Assembly: GCA_000934665.2 (NCBI GenBank)
Contig: KZ538150.1
Span: 1-64,000 of the forward strand
Source: Catajapyx aquilonaris
Taxonomy: Eukaryota
DNA length: 64,000 nt
Direction: 5' to 3'
The notes beneath the pieces were generated by a model. It was not told where the DNA came from. It saw only the letters and a program-made list of their open reading frames with translations, and made no database searches. A program made the translations under genes and the position numbers. Below are positions 41,711-53,127 of this stretch, in pieces (the stretch's first letter is position 1; each line of letters opens with the position of its first letter).

Positions 41711-43481
41711 TAACTGTGGCAGAAGATGATATCATAAAGCATTTATACTCTCTCCTAGGACAGAGTACCGCGTACAGTAAGATTGGAGTTGTTGATACTC
41801 ATGTAAAAAAAATTGTAACGCGGCCAGAGGAATTTTCAAAATAATCTCCACTTTTCGAGCGACACTTTTGCATACACTGTACGCTACAAAATGGAGACTC
41901 AATACTCCCTGTACATTGTCTTTTGTCATCCTACTTTGACCACTAATAGAAGCTCCACAATAAACGATGCATTACGATGTTACACATTACAGTGGAGCTG
42001 CTATTAGTAGGTCTATAGGGCGAGAAAAGACACACTTTCTCTGTTTGTAATATATTGGTGGTATTATTATAGTATTCAATGTCATTTTTAAAGACACTTG
42101 TAAGCAGTATTTTCCAGCAACTGTGATATAAAATCAAAGCTGTATTTCATTGGAAATGTATTTAATCTCAGAGTGTTTTGCAATATTTCTTGTCTTTTAT
42201 GTTGAGTTTTGGAGTAATTATGTATTACATGCATGTTGTGTACAATATTTTCTTTCAATATTTTTGTAAAAATAAATTATTGTAATGTAACCTTTCAGCC
42301 AGTTCTTATTTCATACATGTACAAACCAAGAACATAACTTTATAGTTTTGAAGGCTTGGCAACGGGCATATAATTAGAGGCACAAACTGAAACTCAATCC
42401 TGAAATTGCCGAACTGTGGAAGCAAGTGCACAATCATGAAAAACTGGGTGGGCGCTGGCAATTTGCGTTCATGATAAGTCTCGGTTAAACATAGCATGCT
42501 AATATACACCGAGTAATACACGCACAAATAACCATAAATATCGTAAAATTAGGCAGCGAGTAATGGACAAGTTGAGGACTTCCTCAATGGAAAATATACA
42601 AAAAAAAATGAATAACTGACCTCTTTCCGGCTCTTTCACTGCCAATTAATTACTCCCCTCTGAGTAAGCGAGTAATTTTTTTGAAAACCTTTTCAAATTT
42701 AATATTCTTGTACCTTTACATTTCAGTGCATGTGCAGAAATGAGAACATAAGCACATTACCGCATGTTACTTTTGGCTCAAATGTATTTTTAAATGGCCA
42801 ATAACGCAAAGTAGTTGCAATTTTACACTAGGTTCTCCCAATTTGGCTTTCAGGACAAGGCAAAGCGAAGAGGCAAATTAATTTTATTGCACTGCACTAC
42901 GGATGTTGCCAATTACACCGAGAAAAAAGCGGAATCTGTAATTAATGGCTAACGAAAGCCCGGCTTAAAATAGCACCAGCAGAGGCCTAAGCCATAAACA
43001 ATGCCTATTTATCTGCTCGATAATGATTCAATCAGTCAGTAAATTTACTATTTGTGCATTTCAAGTACTTGCGTTTGAATCTTTACCTACGTACAGTAGA
43101 GTGCATTACAAAATATCATGCGATAATACAACATACAGATAGCCGAACCTTGTCACTAAAACAAGAGTCCAAAGCACCCTGCAGTGAATTATATTACATT
43201 AGCTTGTTTACAGTCGAAGTTGGGGTCAATGATTCCTCTTTTCTCTCATTTCCGGTTGCTACAAAAAAAAAAAAGGTGTAGGAAGGGCTCAGTGATCTCA
43301 TACGTTGATAAACCGAGCTAAATGCGAATGCAAAATTTCAATTTTATTTTTATTAGTATCAATATTATTATTTTAAACATTTCGAGCTCATCATTACTCT
43401 ATAGTACAAGTGTACATTCCAGAGGAACCTGGAAAAAAAAACTTCCAAAAATATCCCCATGCCGTGTCAGCTTTTGACAGC

Positions 43482-43553
43482 TGCCGTGACCAGGATTCGA
43501 ACCTGGGTTATTGCGGCCACAACGCAATGTACTAACCACTATACGATCACGGC
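43482..43553 (-). tRNA. trnH-GUG: tRNA-His (GUG), copy 2
   Basis: 72-nt sequence identical to copy 1, on the minus strand, followed by a T-run terminator. Confidence 0.97.
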
Positions 43554-46212
43554 TAGTTTGGGGACTTGAATGCTGCTCCTTGCTTTGAACTAGTTCACAG
43601 GTCTTGACTTCATGCTTGTTATCGTGTGATGACGTAGTCAGTCGAGTTTCTCTTATCAGAAGAAAAAACAGGTCTATCTGCTCAATCCGATACATAAGGT
43701 ATGACTAGACCACAATGAACGATTCGATTACATTTTTTTGACTTCTGATGCAGCTTAATTTTGCAGAAAATAGAAAGTATGTAAGACCAAAATTATTGAG
43801 AAAGCAAAATCTGATTACAGATTCTGCAATATATTGATGAAGGTCATGATGGTGTTGATTTGAACAGCCTATTGGAGTTTGGCATACAGCCTATTCGACA
43901 AAAATAACTTAGAGCTACTTTCCTATCTTTATGATCTACATTTTTAAAACGTATCAAACTATTTTAGAAAGCCTAATTTTACCCCAAAGTGCGCACATAC
44001 AGAACAGTGTGAAAGAGTGATTCAGTTAATTATATAACGTTGATATGGCCAAGCCAACCAAAATATGACTAATATGTGCCTTTTAATTTCTGCGCAATAA
44101 CGGGCAAGTCACCTGCAGGGCTTTTTAGAAATCCGCGATAATTACAATTCAGAGTGAATAATGCAAATATGAATGGAAATGGAATTAATGTAAATGTAGG
44201 TACTGTACCTGGTATATCATAACAATTTTATAACTAATATAACTGCAGGATAACTTTCTTATACAGATACTCGCATTTGGGGCTTCTCTATCAAACTCTC
44301 TGAACTGATGCATAATGTAGGTAATTCGTTGACTATAAAAAATGACCCCTATTTCAGCACTAAACGCTGCACTTGTCTTTATTTTGTTCTAAGTATTTGG
44401 CATTTCCCCAAAGAAAGGCCATAAAATTCCTGCCTAAATTAACATCCAGGCATGTCTCAGAATTGTAAGAAACAAAATTTACCACCAAGGAGAAGGACCG
44501 GGGCAGTACTTGAGATAAGACCTTATCCCTCTCCTTCCTTCAATCCCCCCAAAAATTCACCCGGGCGTGAAGGAAGCCACTTATAGCCCCCCCGATGAGT
44601 TCAAACTCCTTGGCCCAGTTTCCCTCCATAGCCACCAGAGGGGCAGCACAATTGACCCCCGCCAATTCTTTGCGGCCCGAGCAAAAATAGCTCCGGATCC
44701 AAAGTTACACCGACAGTGGACCGGGCCACAAGTGCTTTGTATCAGTTGGAATTTAGGTGGTCCCCTCAGCTATGGACAAAAGAACGAGAATTGTTATCAC
44801 TGCCTTCCTAGGGGTCATTCTGCTCGGTGAGTCACATTATTGTTGTTAAGTGTCAAGTGTCGTTACTGCGTTTTCCTTGTTTGGCTGCTCAACTGAATTT
44901 GTCACCCCCGTGATTTTTAACCGCAGAAAGTGATTTTACGTATAATTCGACCACATCATGAGCTGTGTTTTTCTGTCCCTTAATCGGTAGAAGTAGCTCC
45001 CAATTACGTATTGACATCTTTGAAAATCACAATCTGGAAATGTGTTCGGTGCTTTGCAAGAGAGTGATTCCGTATTGAATTTATGCGAGAATTTTATTCG
45101 CAGCCTGTATACTTTGAGTCAGTGGACTGTAAAGGTATGAATGAACATCCTGAATCGATTAAAATGTTAAGTGGCATGCAATTCCCCTTCAAAATCAAAA
45201 CTGTACGTATAGTTATAGTCAAAAATCCCATACCGTGCAAATTGAATTACGTATAGCCAAGAGAAAATTGATTCCTGTTATTCTAAAATGCCAGCAGGCA
45301 ATGTGGGTCTCATGTTTACAAATATTTATGTGAGTGTTTGCTTCGCTTGTTAAGGGCTTGTGTTGCAGAGCCTAGATCTCTTCATGCTAATGTACACATC
45401 ACACGCCAGCAACTTTTAACTACGTACACACGTGTGTAAACTATCATCCGGAAGTTGGTCAATGCTACTCATCAATATATTGTTTAGACACAATGCAAGT
45501 TTACCAAGTATATTCATGGAGGAAGGGCTTGCAACTGATTTTCAAGGCTAAGATTTTGCATTTATAACATTGCGCCATTTGTCATGTATATTGGGATTGT
45601 TGTTCAGAACAATAAACATTCCAGTGATTCTACACGAAAATACACGTGAGGCTGGCAAACAAGCCCAAATAATGCTGCAGTAAATTTTTTTAAACTTGTT
45701 TACCTCATAAGTTTGATAGAGCTATGTTAGGATACGCCCTTTTTCCCACTCACGTGTAAGCTAATTAGGTTACATGTTCTTGCCATATAACTTATGCGCA
45801 TATGCAGTTACGTGCTTTCACGCTATTATTGCTCGGTTTCTCATAATGAGCTCAAGAACATCTGGGCAAGGGCCTCGTGTCAGAGTTCATATAGTGTCAG
45901 ACTCGTGTTTTCATACAACAGTCCCGGTTGTAGTCGACAAGATTTTCGACGCCATCACTATATGCATCACATGCTTTATCCTTTTCACTGACTACCCCAC
46001 TGGCACTAAACCATTTAGACAAACAAACCGCAGGCCTGCAGTTGTCAGACGAACAAGGTGTAGAAACAATGTAATTGATATCCAAGGCAGTTTCCGGGGG
46101 AAAGTAATAAAAAGACAGCGTCATCTTCCTAGTTCTGGCCGTGACTCAGGACTGTATATCCTTGGCCGGCCACCAAAATGCTAACAGGGGTTTGGCTCTC
46201 GAATCTTGATAT

Positions 46213-48625
46213 ATGTACTACTGGCGTATGTTTACATTTTTTATAACCCTGCATAACGTGGCATTCTTCTCGTTACAGTGACCCTCACCATGCTCCTCGT
46301 GCTTTTCTTAGTTATCATTCCAGCCCCAGCCCATTCGTCTGGTGCAGGTACGACCTTGTGCATACTGGGTTCTTGAGCCAGAATCACAGCACATTCTTTC
46401 AGATAATCCTTCCCGAGTGCCACGATTCGAAGGATTGACCATTCATCCTGAACCGAATGCAGAGGGCATCTTGCACTTTCGGGAGGGAAGGGATGGAAAT
46501 TGGACTTTGCTGGCAGAAAATATAGACACGTTTCTCAAGAGTAAGTACAGGCTGCACCTATATAATAAAATAATTGTCAATATAAAGCCGTCCTGGTACT
46601 TAATAAACTTAATAATGATTATATTAATTAACACGTCCCAAAAGTTGAACACAACACTAACAGATATATAACGTAATCTTCATATTATATTTGTAGCTTA
46701 TTACCAGCCTCTTCAAGATGTGTCGTATAGATCATGCTACTACAACTACACCCCGAATGATGACAGAGTCTGCAGGTTCACACCAGCAGGGACCCTTGGT
46801 TACTGCTCGGCTGACAACAACAACTTTGGATACCTAATAGGAAAGCCTTGCGTTTTGATACAAATTAATCCAGTAAGTCCAGTGTACAAATGGGCATCTA
46901 ATTACAGAATGTATTCCTAATATAATATGTACTGTACGCGCATATTTAACAAAATAATAATTTGAAAATTATTCGGCAGTCATTTTGGCACAGTGGTATT
47001 TTACTAAACAGTATCATATAAACATTAATATGGAAAAATTTCCTAACCGATGCACAGGAATCTTTGTATTTACGCATCCCTAAATCTTGGAGATTTAGCA
47101 GTCCTGTGTTTCGCATTTCGGAACATTATTTTGTAAATTTGCATATATAAATTGGGACAGCTTTGGAATGGGATAAATGCCTGAAAATAATGTTCATATA
47201 CATAAACAGCCTGCATTTCCTATGTGGGTTGTCCAAATGAAAAGGTGACGAGCATTGTAGCCACAGCATGGTATTAAAAAGCCGATTGGGCCTATTTGTT
47301 ACTGGTTCCATACTCGACTTCACCTGTGAGTTTCATATGTAATAACATCATGCATTCTTGAGCAGGAATTTTTGATGGCTGACAGGGTTAAATATATTCC
47401 ATTCGTGGCCCGTCATGTCAGCTCTCAATAAACTTTTCGGATTTTGGAATTTGGGATAAAGGATTCTCAACTGTATCGGTTAAAGACACCACCACCATCG
47501 GATATATCAGCCTATACAGGGTGTATCTGAACTCAGTGCCCCGACGTATATGACTGCTTTCCTAGCCACCAGAGGATCGATTTAAGTATAGGAGTCATAT
47601 GTCTGGGCAGCCTCATTACGGAGATAATTGGCCACAAACATGTAGTACAAAATATCCTGTCGGTTAGGCCACCCATCGAACCCTCCCCCAGTCAGAAGGC
47701 TCTGGAAGGTCGGGGGGTGGGACTTTGTTGGTTTGTTGCCCACAGGTGGTAAGGCCTCTTTGGCTAGTTACACCAGAAAATTCTATTTAAAAGTCAGAAG
47801 GAGCGATTAGGCAAAAATCGCTAAAGAGTGTATCTCAGTAATGAGGCTGCCCAGACATATGATTCCTATACTTAAATCGATCCTCTGGTGGCTAGGAAGG
47901 CAGTCATATACGTCGGGGCACTGAGTTCAGATACACCCTGTATACTCTTTCGTAACAAAATACTACTTGCGCTATCATTTACATTATTACATTTCATTAC
48001 ATTAACACCATTGACATGCAAATCATGTTTTTGCAGGATGTCGGGTGGGTACCAGACAACTACGATATTGTTGGAGAACTTCCAGTCGGGATATCGCCAG
48101 GCGTCAAACTGTCAATCGACGCATATGCAGAAACTCTTCCAAAGGACTCTCCGGTATGACTTAAACAATCAGTTCCTGTCATGTTTCACTCATCGCATTT
48201 ATTTCGCATATATCTTATTTTATTTGCCAGTTTACTTTCATATTTGACGCGTTTCTGTCCAACTAACCACTTTTGTATCCTCAGAGTGGTATTACACCAA
48301 CGATAATTTCCTGCGACGGTATGGTCGATCAAGACAAGAAGCATATTGGTACTGTCTCCTATTACCCATCCATGGGGTACCCTGGTTACTATTACCCGCG
48401 AAGGAACGTAAAGGGTTACGTCCTTCCAGCTGTAGCTGTCAGATTCGAAGGACTTCCGAGTAAGTTATCTCGCATAATATTTGAGACAGTAGTTTTTGAT
48501 TTAAAAAGCTCTAATTTACCTTGCTTTTCTCAGGGGGTGTTACCGTCACTGTCCAATGCCGGGTATTCGCCAGAAATATCTCGTCCAACTGGGGTTATGC
48601 CAATTTCAGGATACGAGTTGACTAA
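46213..48625 (+). CDS. ATP1B: Na+/K+-ATPase beta-subunit-like paralog 10, 7 exons, N-terminus resembles a cleavable signal peptide
   Basis: Exons 46213-46225 (start inferred), 46279-46347, 46403-46540, 46697-46872, 48037-48153, 48285-48459, 48534-48625. Motifs EGLTIHP, NFGYLIGKPCVLIQINP, WVPDNY, ISCDG..DKKHIG, GYPGYYYP, PAVAVRF, QCRVFARNI..FRIRVD*. Confidence 0.88.
47517..47940. mobile_element. Tc1/mariner-type MITE (424 bp) in intron 4 of paralog 10
   Basis: 110-bp TIRs (47517-47626 and 47831-47940) with about 3 mismatches, termini CAGGGTGTATC...GATACACCCTG, and TA on both sides. Confidence 0.92.
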
Positions 48626-49590
48626 ACGTGACTGATAGAATGCAAAATATAGGTCAGCCCCGACGACAAAAATAGAAGAAACACGCGGTTTTCAGACACG
48701 GTTTTTCACACACGATAAATCAAGTCAAATTGAACTAGTTTCTAAGGACCTGCCGCAACCCACTCTGTGTCAGTTTCAAATAGAGGCGAGTCATTGTTAC
48801 TCACTTGTTGCTATTTCAGTGCGCACGGCTGTTTCTACTTTTTGGAGTCACTACGTCACAGCAGCTCAAGTTTCAAGCAGAGTCAAAAGTTCTTAATTGC
48901 AAGTAAACTCTAGCGAATTATCCCCATGAGTTTGCAAGTGCGCTTTCAGAATTACCACGTGTGAAAAATGGATTCTATCAAGAGCTCTTGATTCTATTAA
49001 AATGTATTCAGATGTACAAAATCATTTTGCTTGCTTATTAGAGGGTGTAAATGTTACAGTCGCTATAAATTTAAAATAAGCGAATAATACACCATGTATA
49101 GTAAATAAATGTTTGTTTCAGACTTTCCAAGTGAAATGTAAAGACGGACATGAAGTTGTGCGGAATATTCTTGTAAGAAAAAAAAAAATCTAATTCATTT
49201 CCCGTGCAATTCAGACTCCGGCCAAAACTTCCGACAACTTCCGGTGAAGTAAAAATAGGTACAAACAAGTGTCTTATGACTCAACATACACCTTGAAATA
49301 CCAACAGGAAAAGTCCCTCTAAAACACTGTAAATATTCGCCCATACCGTAATGAAAACTATTTTATTCTTACAAAAACTAGCCCTCTTGCAGCAGTACAG
49401 ATGAAGTGATATCGAGTACTTTTGGCATTTGTCCCTATATGATGCAATATTGTGGCAATCAATGTTCCTGATAAGATCGCAGACTTGCTGATTGACGTCA
49501 GTGGAGCAAATCGAGCGTATCCAGAGTAACACTTTTCCTGGCTGACACAGACACTTTTGAGAGTAAAGCTGTTCTCAAGTCCCAGAACTA

Positions 49591-49662
49591 GCCGTGATCG
49601 TATAGTGGTTAGTACATTGCGTTGTGGCCGCAATAACCCAGGTTCGAATCCTGGTCACGGCA
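49591..49662 (+). tRNA. trnH-GUG: tRNA-His (GUG), copy 3
   Basis: 72-nt sequence identical to copies 1 and 2, on the plus strand, with TTTTTT ~30 nt downstream. Confidence 0.97.
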
Positions 49663-50836
49663 GCTGTCAAAGCTGACACGGCACGGGACATATTTTTTCC
49701 CCCATTACTTAATTTATTTTCTATGCAGCAACTTTGTGGTACTTTTAAAGCATTTGAATTATTTGTGCCAATTTCTGTGCGTTTTTAAAAAGCTGCATCA
49801 AATAAATAAACGGCTTCAACAGTGTGCTTCATATACAGTTGGCGACTTTAACTGATGATTTTTGTACATATATGTTATTTTAGGGCGCAATAAAATAATA
49901 ATGTAACCAATTCTTACCTACATAACCTGTTTTTATTTAGCCCTATTTTATAGGCCTAGGTAAAAGATTATCCATATCAAGAGCTCTTGCTCATATCGAT
50001 GCCTGAGCATGATACTGTATGGACGGATGAAGATTTAGCAGATTGGAAAAGGGGAAAGTATTGCAAGCAAGGCTAAGTGAGAGTTTTTAGCAACAAAAAA
50101 TGTGGAAATGCACGTTATCTTTAGGCTATGTACTGTAGCGAGAGCAAAAGGTTTCCTGGAAAGGTGACATCGCATCGGCAGCAGGACGCTAATGTACAGT
50201 GTCACTGTGTCAGTGCTCAAAATCACACCAGAAAACCAGTTATTATAATTTTGTAACTTTTGGATTTAGTTTAACCTCGACTTCTCCAATGAAAAATGAA
50301 AAATAATGTTTCATATGTATTTAAGTGTATCAACGGATGCACTGACTTTTTCTCCAGTAGGCCTACTTTGATAGGTATATGTGGGAAGTACTCAAGAGCC
50401 ACGATGCGCAGTGAAAAATACCTTCTAATACTGTCTGTAACACAAAGCTTGTTGATATAAAATGCAGTAAAACATGCCATGGTCCCCGCATGTCTGGTCC
50501 TAATGAATGATTTCAATGTAATTTTGTCACACAACAGATACTTGTTGAGGACAGAAATTTTGTGTAATGGCAACATTGCGACAAAGAGTAAAATAAATAA
50601 TTACAGTAGTCTACTAGCCTTGCAATCTACATCAATAATAATTTGAAAGATACTTTCACAAAATTATGAAGCCCTTATCAGATCACCAAGGGACTGACTC
50701 AACAGCATGTCACAAACAGATACAATAGAATAGAGAATCAATGATACTCCAGAGAGCAAAGTGCATCAGATAAAAGAAACTGATATAAAGCACATGAAGT
50801 AGCTGAAAGTTCATTATTTTTCAATTACTTGTCAAG

Positions 50837-52166
50837 ATGGGTACCTCTGCCTGGGTATTTGTAGGACTTCTGTCAGTCTTGGCCACTGGATCTCTCATGG
50901 TATTCAGCTACTTACCAATAACTTATAAGGTCAGTCCTTAGGATTATTAAATCAGGGTTAAACCATATTGGTCATGTTTAAATGACAGGTTGTGGCGAGT
51001 CCAGTCGTGACAGTAGGTGTGTACTATGAGACCCTGTGTCCACACAGCATAGACTTCGTGGTCAATCAGGTGTTTCCGACATGGCTTAAATTGAGTCCTT
51101 ACATGAATCTCATCATGGTTCCATTTGGCAAAGCAAATGTAAGTGCAGTGTAAGTGGATATTACCTGTCAGATTTTGTACATCAGGAAATAAACATAATT
51201 TGATTCAAGTTTACAGCCAAACCCGAGGGTGGTTGGAACTTCACCTGCCAGCATGGAGATGATGAGTGTTTCGGAAACAAAGTTCAAAGTTGTGCTCTAC
51301 AACATTTGGATGATGAGGGAAACCAGCTGCGCTTCATCAACTGCTTCATGGGTGCCAAGTACCCTCCTAGTGCAGGACCTCAGGTCAGTTAAGGGCAATG
51401 TCCAATTGCTTATGGTATGTATTTCCCCCCTCGCAAAGCCAACCTATGCTGATGATTGGAAGACCCATCATAGCCATACAAGACTCCTTACAGGCTTTTA
51501 TACACTTAATACCATGGCTCATTAAATACATGTACAGTACATGCTATGTGAAAATATTAGTTCAGTTTTGTATGTGTGGGAATTTTGCAAACATCCTGAC
51601 TGTTGTATCATTGGAGAAACTGCATCATGAATTCTAACATGGAATATGACCTCTCGGATCCACATACTTGTAATTTCCGCAACTTGCTTTAGAAATAAAT
51701 CGAAGTTGACTCTAGAGTCAGGATGTAACAGGCTAGTGTATAATAAACCTGTTACAGTAGACTGATTTCCGCTATCCCTTTAAGTTTGTTATAATATAGA
51801 CATCAATCAATATATCATTATTCATTTATTGGCATAAGTAAGCAAGTTTGTCCTTTCACCAGTGTGCTGAATCCCTTGGCCTGAGTTACAATACCATTGA
51901 CACATGCAGCAAGGGCTTGGAAGGAGAAGACCTTCTACACCACTATGGGGTGATAACAAAATCACTGGACCCTCCACTGACATTTGTCCCTCTTGTCATC
52001 TTCAATGGGGTTTGTCTCTTCATACCTGTGTGGTGCAAACTTGTGGCTGATTGTCATTCATTCACAGGTGTTCAGTATGAAGGATTATAACGATGCCAGA
52101 ACTGATATGCCAGCAGTTGTTTGCCGCTACCTAAGCCCACCACCTGAAGCTTGCAACGCTATATGA
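50837..52166 (+). CDS. IFI30: Gamma-interferon-inducible lysosomal thiol reductase (GILT)-like protein, 5 exons
   Basis: Exons 50837-50899, 50989-51138, 51210-51383, 51863-52009, 52068-52166. Signal peptide MGTSAWVFVGLLSVLATG, active-site region VYYETLCPHS (CxxS), VPFGKA, and the GILT signature CQHGDDECFGNKVQSC (CQHGx2ECx2Nx4C). AATAAA at ~52216. Confidence 0.94.
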
Positions 52167-53127
52167 GTTGTAACTTCCTGAAACATCCCTCTAAGATGTT
52201 TATGCTTGTAACTGAATAAAAACATCACGTATTAACAATGATACAAAATATATTTACAGACTTGCACACATTACAATATCTTTCAATATCACAAAGTGGA
52301 AATAATAAAGAGCAAATTGACTATTTTGTAGGTATAGAAAATAGATGTCAAAATAATTATTACTTCTAGTAACATGCAAATTTTTCATAAATAATTACTT
52401 TCAGGTAGATCAATTTGTTGAATCAGGCTTTCATTGCCACATTATATTACACATTGGAAAATAATTACATCTACTTCAAGGTCAAAGCCTAATAGCCTAT
52501 CCATTGGCAACATTAAGTACAGAGAGGTGTGGTCTACCTGCCTGTATCAGTTTTGTGCTAGTAAGTTTGCATAAATCTCGAATGATCATAGGTTGTAACA
52601 TAATAAGGCATTTCCCACCCTCTCTATTAACGGGGAGCCAGGGAAATAAAAGCATCAGTGAGAATTTCAGCCCGGAGGAGAAATAGTGATGGCTTACCAG
52701 TCACAGATTTCTTGCATGCAGTTGAGTCAACTTTTAACTAAGTTTATAGGCACAGAGGCATAAATGATCCCTCCAACATAAGCCATGACCTTGACTAAAT
52801 TATTTAATGTTGGTTTTATTGCCATCAATGGCACATTCATTGGTCAGGCTAACAGTCAAACAGATTGATGGAAACCAGCACCTATACTGAACCTACAGTA
52901 TAGCTTACTTGTGATGTCCCTTTATCTCTGGGTAAAAATAAAACACCCTAGTTTTTCACTAATGTTAGTCTTACCTTTTCAAAAAAAAATAATTACAATT
53001 TGTATGCATGAGATTTCCTTATAGTGAGAGAAAATGTTTAACATGACATAGTTTCAGGATGGAATGGATATCGCAGTGGCAGGAGTCATTATTTAGACCT
53101 TACTACAAAAGCATCACAGGTCACAAA

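Noticed and set aside
45774..46184. 136-aa ORF just upstream of paralog 10 as its possible first exon
   Set aside because: It ends in TAA before any suitable donor and has no beta-like features; the phase-1 micro-exon at 46213 fits better.
39764..49633. ORFs sharing the peptide RDRIVVSTLRCGRNNPGSNPGHGSC or its antisense reading
   Set aside because: These are translations of the tRNA-His genes, not proteins.
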